Shown in pieces: positions 17,062 through 27,249 of a stretch of DNA of 64,000 nt. Origin of the DNA: a virus (taxonomy: Duplodnaviria; Caudoviricetes); IMG/VR virus record IMGVR_UViG_3300035696_000034, positions 1 to 64,000 of that record. The stretch is one strand, 5' to 3'. Position 1 is the stretch's first letter. Every line of letters begins with the position of its first letter. A program made the position numbers and the translations under genes. The notes below the pieces were generated by a model. It saw only the letters and a list, made by a program, of their open reading frames with translations, made no database searches and had not been told where the DNA came from.

Positions 17062-17307
17062 ATGAATAGCAACGAAAATCACACACAATGCCTCTTAATA
17101 AGCGATGGAGGCATGCAACAGGTCGCCTGGATACCAACAGTACGGGCTAACCTGAAGAGGATTAGAATAGACGGTACAGTGTTTAACGTGAAAGAGCGAT
17201 ACAGCACGGTACCGAGTCGGGAAGTCCTAGATGATAGTTCAGATTACAGAAGGCACAGGAAAGCGACTGATCTGGAAAGCGGGTCTTGGAAAAGATTACC
17301 AGAATGA
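17062..17307 (+). CDS. Conserved phage hypothetical protein
   Basis: QC.L...AWIP...HRKATD pattern; start corrected to lie outside the tRNA. Confidence 0.65.
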   Translation: MNSNENHTQCLLISDGGMQQVAWIPTVRANLKRIRIDGTVFNVKERYSTVPSREVLDDSSDYRRHRKATDLESGSWKRLPE

Positions 17308-17314
17308 AAATTAA

Positions 17315-17387
17315 TGCGGGAGGCTAGGCCCTGTGGTCTGGGAACTCTCATAAGGTTCCAACCTACGTTCAACTCGTAGTCCCGCAA
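17315..17387 (+). tRNA. tRNA with CAT anticodon and atypical D-arm
   Basis: TGCGGGA/TCCCGCA, GAACT-CTCATAA-GGTTC, CTACG-TTCAACT-CGTAG. Confidence 0.7.
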
Positions 17388-17444
17388 ATTTTGTTATCAA
17401 TAGCAGCTTTAATTTCAACAGCTATTAATAAAATATCAACTAAT

Positions 17445-17522
17445 AGCAGGGTCGTCTAGTCCGGTTAAGATACTGGGCTCATAACCCGGAGATCGTTCGT
17501 TCAAATCGAACCCCTGCAACCA
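17445..17522 (+). tRNA. trnfM: Initiator tRNA-fMet(CAT)
   Basis: 1:72 mismatch (A:A), three G-C pairs GGG/CCC in anticodon stem, CCA. Confidence 0.88.
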
Positions 17523-17530
17523 CTCACAGC

Positions 17531-17598
17531 GGGAGACCGACGTCAGTAGCTTTAGTAAAGTATCCGGTAAAGGATCTCTATTGACCTTTCGTCTCCCC
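17531..17598 (+). ncRNA. tRNA-sized branched RNA without T-loop or anticodon consensus
   Basis: GGGAGA/TCTCCC, GTCAGTAG/CTATTGAC, CTTT/AAAG, ATCC/GGAT helices between fMet and Ile tRNAs. Confidence 0.5.
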
Positions 17599-17608
17599 AT
17601 GAATTAAA

Positions 17609-17684
17609 GGGCGTATCGTCCAACGGTTTAAGATGCGAATCTGATAAGTTCGAGATCGTAGTTCAATTCTACGTACGCCCACCA
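17609..17684 (+). tRNA. trnI: tRNA-Ile(GAT)
   Basis: GGGCGTA/TACGCCC, CGAAT-CTGATAA-GTTCG, CCA. Confidence 0.93.
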
Positions 17685-17690
17685 TTTTAA

Positions 17691-17763
17691 GGCTGTTTAG
17701 CCTACGCGGTCACGGCGCTCGCCTGAAGAGCGAGATATTCCAGTTCGACTCTGGAAGCAGCCA
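17691..17763 (+). tRNA. trnF: tRNA-Phe(GAA)
   Basis: GGCTGTT/AGCAGCC, CTCGC-CTGAAGA-GCGAG. Confidence 0.88.
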
Positions 17764-17780
17764 TTTTTTAAGTTTACAAG

Positions 17781-17867
17781 GGAGAGTTGGGTGAATGGTA
17801 AAACCACGAGTTTGCTAAACTCGCGTCCGTCAAGGACATGCAGGTTCGAGCCCTGCACTCTCCGCCA
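17781..17867 (+). tRNA. trnS: tRNA-Ser(GCT)
   Basis: GGAGAGT/ACTCTCC, CGAGT-TTGCTAA-ACTCG, long variable arm, GCCA. Confidence 0.94.
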
Positions 17868-17874
17868 GTTTTAC

Positions 17875-17951
17875 GGGTCTGTAGTTTAGTTGGTTAAAGC
17901 ACCTGATTGTCGATCAGGATATCGGGAGTTCGAATCTCCTCAGACCCGCCA
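17875..17951 (+). tRNA. trnD: tRNA-Asp(GTC)
   Basis: GGGTCTG/CAGACCC, CCTGA-TTGTCGA-TCAGG, GCCA. Confidence 0.94.
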
Positions 17952-17960
17952 TTTTATACA

Positions 17961-18035
17961 GGGTTGCTCGTTCAGCGGCTAGGACCTACGGTTGTCGACC
18001 GTATGACAGGAGTTCAACTCTCCTGCAGCCCGCCA
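17961..18035 (+). tRNA. trnD: tRNA-Asp(GTC), second copy
   Basis: GGGTTGC/GCAGCCC, TACGG-TTGTCGA-CCGTA, GCCA. Confidence 0.92.
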
Positions 18036-18082
18036 TCTTAAAAATCCTTTGTATCCGCCTCTCCAAGATAGTATATTAGGGT

Positions 18083-18643
18083 ATGGCTCTCTTCCTTAAA
18101 TCCTTCACGCTCAAGACCGAATACAACGGGATGAAACCATTTAAAATGGACTTCCACGATGGCCTCAACATAATAGTGGGCGAGAACGGTTCTGGGAAAT
18201 CCTCCCTGCTCCGTTTAATCACTACCGACCAAAAAGATCTACGCCTACTTTGTTATGTAAAAGCTGACCCTGTTAATTTTAGATTTCTGGATACTGAAAA
18301 GGATAATCCCCGACTAAAAGGGGACTTAAGTGATTCCAAAAACATAGCGTTTGATGTTGGCTCTCATTTTTGGTCTCATGGTGAGACGATGCTGCCTCTG
18401 GTCTTGGCCACGAAAGAATTTGAAGGGATTGTTGTTCTTGTTGATGAGCCCGAATCTGGTATTTCCCTGACCAACCAAAAGAAGATATTTGATTCTTTTC
18501 AGGCATCTATAAAGAAAAACTGCCAGATAGTGGTGACTACCCATTCGTACGTCATCATAAAGAATTCTGACACTGTCTATTCTCTGGATAAGAAGGAGTG
18601 GGTGCCCTCTAAAGACTATTTGGACGGGATAGGGGTTGAATAA
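18083..18643 (+). CDS. ABC/SMC-type ATPase (AAA_21-like)
   Basis: Walker A GENGSGKS, SHGE signature, Walker B VLVDEPE, TTHS. Confidence 0.88.
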   Translation: MALFLKSFTLKTEYNGMKPFKMDFHDGLNIIVGENGSGKSSLLRLITTDQKDLRLLCYVKADPVNFRFLDTEKDNPRLKGDLSDSKNIAFDVGSHFWSHGETMLPLVLATKEFEGIVVLVDEPESGISLTNQKKIFDSFQASIKKNCQIVVTTHSYVIIKNSDTVYSLDKKEWVPSKDYLDGIGVE

Positions 18644-19038
18644 CTTGTCAAAAACAAAAAGATTCATAATAAAATGTAAACTATTCATTAGTGACGTAAA
18701 GTTTTATATAGGTTGGAGTCTCATAGAATTATTAGAAGAAAAAGATATATTCGAAAGAGTGTGCCTGTTATTTTTTAAATATCTAAATCCGTTTTACATG
18801 GTCTGGTTTATTAAAAGGCATCATGCAATACTTAATAGTGTCCTTAAAGAAATGTTGGGCGTTGATATCTTAGATAAAGAAAGAGCAGAAGATGACAGAC
18901 GTTAAATATTGCACTCGCCTCACAATGCATAAGCATGTCTCCAAGCATAAACTCGATCCAGCTGTGAAGCGTATGCTATACAAAGTAACAACAAGAAAAG
19001 TCAAGCATCGTTGATTATTTAAAAAGGGATAGAATAAC

Positions 19039-19884
19039 ATGTCCGAAGTAAAATGGGTCATTGAGGATTTTGAGCCAGATAATAGCTTTGGCAAACTTGC
19101 CGAGGAAGTTAAGCGTCAGGGTATGGACTGTGAGACAATAAGATACCTGCCCATGCAAAGTGGGTCTTATGATGTTTTTCAGGACAATTCCTGCGTCATA
19201 TTTCAAGGTTCCATAGAGCTTGCCCTCCAGCTGCAAAAGCAAAAGAAGTGGATACCGGGATCATGGCTTACCCCTAAAAACTACGAGTGCACTACCTATT
19301 ACACCCATTTCGGTAAGTATCTCTTCAACGATCCTTATATTTTTGTCACCAGTGGTGAACTATTAAGGAGATTTGAATGGTTGCAGAAGCAAGCTTTCGG
19401 AGGACTTAAGCAGTTTCTGTTCTTTCGTCCCAGCTCAGGCCTAAAACCCTTTGTAGCGTGTATACAGAACGTAGAATCAAAGGACGCCTTCAAGTCCTCC
19501 TGGTGGCCGTGGGTAGAGCAGTTCATGGAACCTTCTGATATTATCGTAGTCTCAACAGCCAAGGACATTCTCAAAGAGTGTCGGTTTGTGTGTGCCGAAC
19601 ATGAGATAATAACTGGATGCCAGTACCGAAAAGGCGAGAAATCCCAATACGATCCAGGTTATCCGGATGGAGCCAAAAAACTGGCAGATATGATAGCTCA
19701 TGAAACATTTTCTCCAGATCCAATGTATATTATAGACATCTGCCAAGGAGCTGATTTAAATTACTATCTGCTCGAGATCAATAGTTTCTCTTGTGGAGGA
19801 TTATATGCCTGCGAGATGGATCCCATCGTTAAAAGAGCTTCAGAGATAGCACTCAAAGAATGGACTAAAATAGGCGAAATCTGA
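19039..19884 (+). CDS. ATP-grasp domain protein (DUF4343-like)
   Basis: FFRPSSGLKPF...ECRF...YIIDI...LLEINSFSCGGLYAC. Confidence 0.8.
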   Translation: MSEVKWVIEDFEPDNSFGKLAEEVKRQGMDCETIRYLPMQSGSYDVFQDNSCVIFQGSIELALQLQKQKKWIPGSWLTPKNYECTTYYTHFGKYLFNDPYIFVTSGELLRRFEWLQKQAFGGLKQFLFFRPSSGLKPFVACIQNVESKDAFKSSWWPWVEQFMEPSDIIVVSTAKDILKECRFVCAEHEIITGCQYRKGEKSQYDPGYPDGAKKLADMIAHETFSPDPMYIIDICQGADLNYYLLEINSFSCGGLYACEMDPIVKRASEIALKEWTKIGEI

Positions 19885-20959
19885 GGTAAATCATGGCCAA
19901 GATTAGACAATGTAGCGCACACAAAACCTGCACACTGGAAGAAAATTGTGGACATGCAAAAAAACATTATGAAACGAAGTCTTGTTTAACCTCAGAAGGT
20001 AAATTGACAGAATGCCCTCGTCCTGCTCACGGTTGTTGTAAAGAGGTGCAATCTGAACCTAAGGAATCTGTGCACGTAGTCTGTTCTGAAATGTTTTCAG
20101 GTCTTGATCAATCTTTTGGAGACCGTTTTGTAGGGAGATAGTTATGGACTTTATGACATTCTTTAGATGGTTATTTCCGGGCATGTGTAGCAACAACATA
20201 TTCCATAGATGGCATGATGATGGCTACGTACCTGTGGACTATTGTTACGATGGCATGAAAGAAATTGATCATTGTGATGAGAAAAGACACAAGCGTCATT
20301 GTAAAAACTGTGGTATAAAAGAATATTACCGTACTGAAGGTAATATATACGGATGGTGGCCGGTACCTTTTATCAGCGAAGAGCAAAAGCAAAAAGATCT
20401 GGTTAGGGAAGTTTTAAAAGAATCGACATAAGTAATATATGTTTCCTTTTTCCCACGTAAAACCATACATATTAACTAGCCCGTTAATTGCAAAGCCCTA
20501 TGTCATGTACCTCTGCAACAAGGATTGTGATTGCATAACCTACTGCAGCCTAGCAGAGATCAAAATATGCCCTCGGCACCATCCAATAAAACACTGGATA
20601 AGCCGTATTTTCCCCAAAAAACCAAAGCCCCTTCTTAATCACGCAGTCCTGAGTGGAAAAAATGGATAAAAGTTATTTAGAAGCCCTACGACTAATTTCT
20701 AACTGTATCCTTGCTCATGAAATGGGCGATAAGTGTGACAAGGAATTTTGGCCTGGGGTACAGAAATGGTTAGATGAGCATCTAGAGGTTTTTGCAACGA
20801 ATGACAAAGAAGACAAGATAGTCCAAAAAATGTATGAAAAATTCGTTGAAGAATTTGACATAAAAGAAGCCTTACAGAAATTAGTTGATCCTAGCGATCC
20901 ATACGGGTTTGTTCCCGTTGTCTATCCAAACAAACAATCTAAAAAGGATAAGAAGTAAA

Positions 20960-21184
20960 ATGAGCTATACAGTACCAGAATTTTTCGAAGCTTATGATCG
21001 TGGCGATTTTGATAAGCTTGCACCAAAATGTGCCGACTGCAAACAACCTTTTAAAGAAGGCGAACCCTTAGGTCCCTACAAGACCAAAAGAGGTATGGTT
21101 TGTTCTGACTGCTACTTCAAGGTCTTCGGTGAAGAAGTAGAGAAGCATCCAATATGTGCACCTCGGAAAAGAGGGAAACATTAA
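20960..21184 (+). CDS. Small Zn-finger protein (paralog 1)
   Basis: CADC...VCSDCYF; start moved to ATG20960. Confidence 0.6.
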   Translation: MSYTVPEFFEAYDRGDFDKLAPKCADCKQPFKEGEPLGPYKTKRGMVCSDCYFKVFGEEVEKHPICAPRKRGKH

Positions 21185-21185
21185 T

Positions 21186-21434
21186 ATGCCTCTATCATAT
21201 GATGAGTTCTGTGAAAAAATGAAAGATCCCGCATTCCGGAATGCAGGAGCTGCCCGATGTGATAAATGTGGTGAGATCTTAGACGCTCTCGATCTCCAGG
21301 AGCCTCATGCAATAAAAGGAAAAGAAGTGTGCTCAGATTGTTATTTTGAAGAGTTCGGAAAGATGATTGACGAAGATGGTGGTATCGGAGGTCTCGGGAC
21401 ACATGGTCCTTTGACTGGTGGAGATATAGATTAA
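21186..21434 (+). CDS. Small Zn-finger protein (paralog 2)
   Basis: CDKC...VCSDCYF; adjacent paralog of the previous gene. Confidence 0.6.
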   Translation: MPLSYDEFCEKMKDPAFRNAGAARCDKCGEILDALDLQEPHAIKGKEVCSDCYFEEFGKMIDEDGGIGGLGTHGPLTGGDID

Positions 21435-22080
21435 AAAGGAGACCCACATGTTTTTACATTTTTTTGGTTTAGGTGTCTGTCTCTTTATTTTGCTATGCAT
21501 TATAACGATACTCACATTAGGAGCGCTAAACAAGCATCTACCGCGATGGTTCTGTGATAAAATGGGATGGCATTTAGCCCCGGAGTCAATAGGCTTTGAT
21601 GGTTGTTCAATGAACGGTACCTGTCCTCGCTGTGGAGAGCATGTACTGCAAGATAGCCAAGGAAACTGGTTTTAAAGGAGAGAAATAAAATGAAATGGCT
21701 CGATCTACCATATAGACTTGAACAAATAGGTGTTTATTCTCCAGATACTGCATTTGATATAGTCAATAAGTTTGTTACCACGCCAGAATCATCGGCGACA
21801 ATTAAATCCACAGATATAGACTCACAAAAGTTAAAAGCTGCAATTGCACATCTAAGAAAAATATTAGAGGAATATAATCGCCCGTCATTTTCTCACGATG
21901 GTATACCCAAGATTTTTGATAAAATAATCAACGATGCAGACATTTGGTATGCACAACAGACAGATATTTAGCAAACGATAAAAATCCGTCATTCCTTTTT
22001 AAAATCCCCATAATCTCCTCATATTTTATAATCTATAACAGGTTTATCCGCTATGATTTGTAATTACAAAAAGGAAAACT

Positions 22081-22533
22081 ATGTACAGAATCTATATCGT
22101 TTTATTAGTGCTGCTTTCTATTTTCTCAATCGATGCATACGAGAATGAACTGCCCAGCAGTAGTCTAACTCCAGGTTCTTCTTATAATAGGATTGATTTG
22201 ATATGTGTATGCCATAAAGGATACATTAGCCATAAAACTATTTCTTTTGAGACGAGAAAAAAGGTATTGGAGAGATACAGTATACCTCTTTCCTGGGCTT
22301 CAGAATACAGAATTGATATGCTGATCCCAGAATCCCTTGGTGGAACGGACTCGTTGAACAATTTGTGGCCATTAAAGCTTAAAGGAAAGTGGAATTATGA
22401 AGCCAAACGTAGACTGGAAGAAAAGCTAGTTAAGCTTTCGTGTGACGGTATCATAGATCTTACTATGGCTAGATTCGAGATATCAACGAACTGGGTAGAA
22501 GCCTACAAGAAGTATTTCGGAGATATTAGATAA
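22081..22533 (+). CDS. Exported HNH-like protein
   Basis: Signal peptide; LTPGS...YRIDMLIPESLGGTDSLNNLWP; the expected HNH His appears replaced by Met. Confidence 0.65.
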   Translation: MYRIYIVLLVLLSIFSIDAYENELPSSSLTPGSSYNRIDLICVCHKGYISHKTISFETRKKVLERYSIPLSWASEYRIDMLIPESLGGTDSLNNLWPLKLKGKWNYEAKRRLEEKLVKLSCDGIIDLTMARFEISTNWVEAYKKYFGDIR

Positions 22534-22537
22534 GGAT

Positions 22538-22992
22538 TTATCTTTCGCCTCTAGTGAGAAGATGTACTTCCATCTTTTTGGCCTCAAAGTATTCTTCAGT
22601 AAACTTAGCCGCTTTGTCTGGATCGAAATAATCACAGAAAAAGATGTCAAAGTAGATACTATTGTGTCAAAGTAGATACTATTGTTATCCTCAATAAAAT
22701 GGCCAGTAATACTCGAGGTAGTGACTAACTGAGTAAAGGACCAACCGTAGAGTCTTTTTTCTTTTCCGATCTTGGCGATAGTTGGTGGACCGTATAGATG
22801 GCAGTCTATTATTTTGCTTAACTCTTTGATATACTTCTCGATGGCTTCTTTGCTTCTGACTTTCTCCGGACTGCAATCAAAAAGATTGATGGATTCTAGA
22901 TATCCCCATGCATCCTTCCTATCAAAATCAAGTTTTTTGTCTTGGATCTTTTTAGCGGATTCGTGGAGATGCTCCGCGATACACTTAAACAT
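22538..22992 (-). pseudogene. speD: S-adenosylmethionine decarboxylase, frameshifted by a 20-bp duplication
   Basis: GWSFTQLVTTSSITGHF pyruvoyl motif; removing one copy of 22645-22684 restores IYFDIFFCDYFDPDKAAKFTEEYF...RGER*. Confidence 0.8.
22645..22684. repeat. 20-bp perfect tandem duplication
   Basis: TGTCAAAGTAGATACTATTG x2. Confidence 0.95.
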
Positions 22993-23044
22993 TTTAATAC
23001 CTCTTTGTAATATAAAAGGTATTAAAAAGTTATTAGATGAAGGA

Positions 23045-23662
23045 CTATCTTAAGTTGTAGAAATAAAGTAGTGCTGCCCAGCCGGATGGCAAACATGTTG
23101 GAGCCTCTTTCAGCTTTCGGCCATACTTGACTGCCACCTCTAAAAAATACTTAGCATGAAAGAAAGCCTCAAGCATAGGTCTGGTGTGCTTTTCCCAGTT
23201 ATTGTTGTGACGTATATTAAAAATTTTTCCTGTACCTTCTTTGTAGATATCTTCAAACGTGCTATTAAAAGTAACTCCTTCTGGCGCTAATTTTTTCAAA
23301 GCATCTACTATGTCCATAGTTAATGTTTGAATAAAATAAGTCTTAAAAGATGCGTGATAAAATCTATAGACACAATCCTCCATAAACCAGTGTCCGTTTA
23401 CCGTCTCAAGAAGCTTTTCAAGTTCTGGTAGATTCTTTTTGATGTTGTCCAAAAGGACCCCATGTAATTCCTGGATTTTTCCAAAGTGATTCTCCAGCCT
23501 TTGAAAATTAGAAGGATACATATTTTTATTCGCGTTAACTGTATCCAACGTCATAACAGGTACTTTAATCAATTTTTTTGATTTGGGTTGATCAAGAAAA
23601 TCCGAAACACTACCTATTTTCCATCCCTTTTTCTCAAGTTTTTCTTGTTTTTTCTTATTCAT
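23045..23662 (-). CDS. Hypothetical protein, apparently chimeric
   Basis: C-part VYRFYHASFK...TRPMLEAFFHA...LPSGWAALLY; N-terminal 24 aa resemble XRE-type antitoxin starts. Confidence 0.65.
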   Translation of the reverse strand: MNKKKQEKLEKKGWKIGSVSDFLDQPKSKKLIKVPVMTLDTVNANKNMYPSNFQRLENHFGKIQELHGVLLDNIKKNLPELEKLLETVNGHWFMEDCVYRFYHASFKTYFIQTLTMDIVDALKKLAPEGVTFNSTFEDIYKEGTGKIFNIRHNNNWEKHTRPMLEAFFHAKYFLEVAVKYGRKLKEAPTCLPSGWAALLYFYNLR

Positions 23663-23740
23663 TTCTTCTCCTTTAAAAATAAAAAGAGCTATATCTACTA
23701 TAATATAGCTCTTTTTCCTACTGAATTTAAAGTAAAATAT

Positions 23741-24175
23741 TTATTCTATTTTCACCTCGATCTGTTTGGGCTTTGCTTTCTCACTCTTCTTCAACGTGAG
23801 CTCGAGTACGCCATTGGTATACTTGGCGTCGACTTGCTCTGGATCTACCTCTTCCGGAAGGCGGAACTGTCTTTCAAAAGAGCCATACGAGCGTTCAAAG
23901 TGATAATAACGATCCTTGTCTTTGTCGTACTTCTCTTCTTTCTTCTCTCCGGATATCAAAAGGACTCCATTGGAGACTTCAACCTTCAGATCCTTTTTGT
24001 CGATGCCCGGGATGTCCGCTGTGATCTTATAGGAGTCTTTATCCTCGATCACGTCTACTTTTGGAGACAATGTAGTCGGAAGAGACTTTTCCCACGGATC
24101 CCAGCCACTAAACAGTTCATCAAACCAACTAGAAACAGCAAGAGCAGGACTCTGATAACGAATAAGACCACTCAT
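23741..24175 (-). CDS. Small heat-shock protein Hsp20
   Basis: PKVDVIEDKDSY.ITADIPG...ERSYGSFERQFRLP...AKYTNGVLELTL; SD AGGAGGT. Confidence 0.95.
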   Translation of the reverse strand: MSGLIRYQSPALAVSSWFDELFSGWDPWEKSLPTTLSPKVDVIEDKDSYKITADIPGIDKKDLKVEVSNGVLLISGEKKEEKYDKDKDRYYHFERSYGSFERQFRLPEEVDPEQVDAKYTNGVLELTLKKSEKAKPKQIEVKIE

Positions 24176-24243
24176 AAGAAACCTCCTGTTATGGGTTAAT
24201 GTTAAATAATACTTTAAATATCTGCAAAGGATATGCCAAACAA

Positions 24244-24274
24244 AACCCCCTAAATCTGTTTGATCTAGGGGGTT
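24244..24274 (-). terminator. Intrinsic terminator between the 24305 gene and hsp20
   Basis: AACCCCCTA...TAGGGGGTT with T-rich tail on the minus strand. Confidence 0.7.
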
Positions 24275-24304
24275 GTGATGCAAAATCGTTTTAATTTAAA
24301 TCAG

Positions 24305-24943
24305 TTAAGGTTTCATTATGATACCTTCTATTTTGGGCTTGATGGAAGGAACCGTATAAGCGGTTTTTTCAGCGTGGTTGACCATTATCCCCCATTTCAT
24401 TCGGAGTTTATTTTTGTACTCGATAGACATCTTGTTGTACATGTAAATGAATCTCGTTACAGTGCATGGGACCGGACTGAGAAACCAGGATTTTAAAAAC
24501 CTATAATGAGGCTCAGAGATCAACTTCAGAAGATATGGATTTCTGATGTAAAGCGACATGATTTCGGCTATCTCTTCATCATAGTCTTCGTTGGCCGCAT
24601 CATATTTTGTGATGATGAATCTGTTCTCGGGGAATGCCTCAAGATAGTTTTTCTGAAAATCAACGAAATACGTCATTGACAGGAAGTGACTGAATTCGTG
24701 CATGATAATACCAAAAATAGTGCTATCTTCGATATAAACATAAGAGGATGGATTTTCATCACAAATCCAAGGATTTATTTTCAAGACATCAGGCTCGTTT
24801 GGGTTATATAATCCGGCATCTTTTAAATGATAGTCCAATTGAAGGCGTAGATCGTAGGTAAATTTATTCTTCTTCTTGATAGTCTCTATCAGGGACATAG
24901 CGATCTTTATCTGGCTAGGCGGGTTGACGATCTCGAGCTGCAT
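24305..24943 (-). CDS. Putative zinc metallopeptidase-like protein
   Basis: IMHEFSHF HExxH motif plus downstream EEIAE. Confidence 0.5.
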   Translation of the reverse strand: MQLEIVNPPSQIKIAMSLIETIKKKNKFTYDLRLQLDYHLKDAGLYNPNEPDVLKINPWICDENPSSYVYIEDSTIFGIIMHEFSHFLSMTYFVDFQKNYLEAFPENRFIITKYDAANEDYDEEIAEIMSLYIRNPYLLKLISEPHYRFLKSWFLSPVPCTVTRFIYMYNKMSIEYKNKLRMKWGIMVNHAEKTAYTVPSIKPKIEGIIMKP

Positions 24944-25171
24944 ATGTCCCTCATGAAGTTGTATTGATCACTGAATAAATCCCTCTATCTGTTCCTCACA
25001 CGAATCGTAAAACTCCTTTAAAACTGAAATTGCATTTTTAATCCGCTCAGCATCTTTTTTATCGACGCATATTTCATCTGGATTTAGATATCCACCATCA
25101 GTTAAATCGTACCAAAAATCATTCTTTATCCAAGCCTCACAATCCTTTTTTACTTTCACATCATTTCCTTT

Positions 25172-26245
25172 CTATAACCAAAAATCCGTTCTATCAAATT
25201 CAGAGTGCTTAGGGTGACAAAACCAGGCAGCTTGTGACGGTCTGGCATGCCTCCCATTTTTGTGATCATAGGCATCGGTACCACTTACGCTTCCACCTAT
25301 CCAATAAAAAGGATGTGCCAGCGGAGCATGCCAATGTCCCATGATAACTTTATGGAACTTATTGCAATCTGGACCATTCATCCTTTTTAAAGCCTCTCTT
25401 GAAACTTTTCGCTCAATCCCATAGTACGGAAAACCGGACCAGCCCATGATCCCGTGACCATGGCATAAAAGGTATCTCTGTCCGCTTACTTGTACTGAGG
25501 CTTCATATTGAGGGTAGATATTGAAAGTAACATTAGACAATCTTGAAGCTCTTTCTTTCGCTATAAATCCAATCACATAGTTGTAGCTGTTTATACCAGC
25601 CTCTTTAGCCTGGGGCTTTTTTGTTAATCGGGAATGATTGTCTTCAACAAGGAACTCTACTCGTATTTTTGGAAAATGCTGGGACAACATTAAAATCTGT
25701 TCTGATAAAACAGTGCTTGCCTCTACTATCTGTACCGGAACAGGGAAAGCGTTAGTAACCCTGAGTTCATCGTGGATATCTCCGCTAATAAGATCTCCAA
25801 GCACTAACACGACGCACTCATCGACTGTATAGGCCGTTCTGTGCACGTCCACCCATTCGATGACTTTCTTAATGAAACTTAGTTGTCTATTTCGGCAGAT
25901 CTCCGGATCAAATTCCCCGAAGCCTTCTATCTCACTGGCTCTTTGAACAGCCCCCATATGAGCATCGCATACCTGAACCACAACAGAGCAAGGGCTGTCC
26001 ACCATGACTCTGCCAGCTCTCGGTTTATAGAGAACAGGCACAGGATTTATAGCTTCTACGTGCTCTTTTAAATCCCTGAAGAAGGATTCCAGAACACCGT
26101 GCTCCGCTTTGTAATTCTCAAGGATAGTCTCTTTTTGTTTGATAGTCTTCTTGAGATTGTTAACCTCTTCATTGACCAAGAGCTTCAGTTCAGATTCGGT
26201 TTTTCCCACTTTTGTTATGTCTTTTGTGAATTCGTTCTCGCTCAT
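25172..26245 (-). CDS. Calcineurin-like metallophosphoesterase
   Basis: CDAHMG, LGDLISG, DNHSR, HGHG, MGHWH. Confidence 0.82.
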   Translation of the reverse strand: MSENEFTKDITKVGKTESELKLLVNEEVNNLKKTIKQKETILENYKAEHGVLESFFRDLKEHVEAINPVPVLYKPRAGRVMVDSPCSVVVQVCDAHMGAVQRASEIEGFGEFDPEICRNRQLSFIKKVIEWVDVHRTAYTVDECVVLVLGDLISGDIHDELRVTNAFPVPVQIVEASTVLSEQILMLSQHFPKIRVEFLVEDNHSRLTKKPQAKEAGINSYNYVIGFIAKERASRLSNVTFNIYPQYEASVQVSGQRYLLCHGHGIMGWSGFPYYGIERKVSREALKRMNGPDCNKFHKVIMGHWHAPLAHPFYWIGGSVSGTDAYDHKNGRHARPSQAAWFCHPKHSEFDRTDFWL

Positions 26246-26703
26246 TGGAAAACCCCGCTTTCTTTAAGTCTTTTAATATTTTCAGGCCTGGCCCAGTAGA
26301 TGACACCGTCTGCAATAAGTTTGTACTTTTCAAATTGGGGAAGATCCGCTTTACTCCGGTATTTGTTGGCATTAATCTGACAGAAGAATTCCCTGAACTC
26401 AGAATCAGGAATATATTTATCCGAAGGTATTTTTTTCACTGCAGTTTCTATCTTGTAGATAATATCACATCTAGATCTCAATTCGTCTTCGCTCAAACCC
26501 ACTGTCTCCGGTACAGAGTCAGAATCTCTCATCGTTTTAAGTTTTATCTCTTTAACCTTCCGTACGACCTGATCTCTTGTGACACCCAAAACTCTCACAC
26601 ATTCAGCGATGAGCTCCTCTTTTTCAGGATACTTGTCGTAATTTTGCTGGTACCACTCTCTGACTGTCTGCTTCACTAAACCACCCATAGGACCTCCCAA
26701 CAT
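26242..26703 (-). CDS. Hypothetical protein
   Basis: Overlaps the start of the phosphoesterase gene. Confidence 0.6.
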   Translation of the reverse strand: MLGGPMGGLVKQTVREWYQQNYDKYPEKEELIAECVRVLGVTRDQVVRKVKEIKLKTMRDSDSVPETVGLSEDELRSRCDIIYKIETAVKKIPSDKYIPDSEFREFFCQINANKYRSKADLPQFEKYKLIADGVIYWARPENIKRLKESGVFQ

Positions 26704-27210
26704 ATTATATTATATAGACTTAAGTATTCGCGCCATCGGCGCTATATCTGCATTCCTTATGAATACCTTATTACGCGGATTTACGAAAGATAGATTTTCC
26801 CCTTTAGTAAATTATACTATCGCGCCATTTTTAAATTAAAGTAAAAAATCCCTTTTGATTCAGTCATTCCATGATAGTATATTATTCTACAGGGCAGATT
26901 TTGATACTCTACTAATTTTGATTGGTTTTGTAGGGAAAGAGAAAAATTTACAAACAACAAGAAAGGCCGATCATGAGCAAGACTATCAAGTATTACTGCC
27001 TCAAGGACGATCTCTCAATTAAGCTGATGCACTCGGAAGCCAGAGTAAAGAATGCAAAGATAATAATCCAGAAGAACATGAGATATCCAGGTATAGAAAA
27101 AACAGACACTGAAGTAACACTCTATATTCACGAGCATACTGTCATAATTGAAGTAGATGTGCCAATCTCTGAAGTAATAGAAATAAATTAAATAGAACAT
27201 TAACAAGAAA

Positions 27211-27227
27211 GGAGGCCAGATATGTAA
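27211..27227 (+). promoter_or_regulatory. Start-stop minigene (SD GGAGG, ATG TAA) upstream of ORF 27250
   Basis: AAAGGAGGCCAGAT-ATG-TAA. Confidence 0.45.
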
Positions 27228-27249
27228 CTACCTTAACAAGGAGAATTAC

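Noticed and set aside
23588-24496. Plus-strand ORFs 23588-24199 and 24275-24496
   Set aside because: Antisense shadows of hsp20 and its neighbour, with no recognisable motifs.
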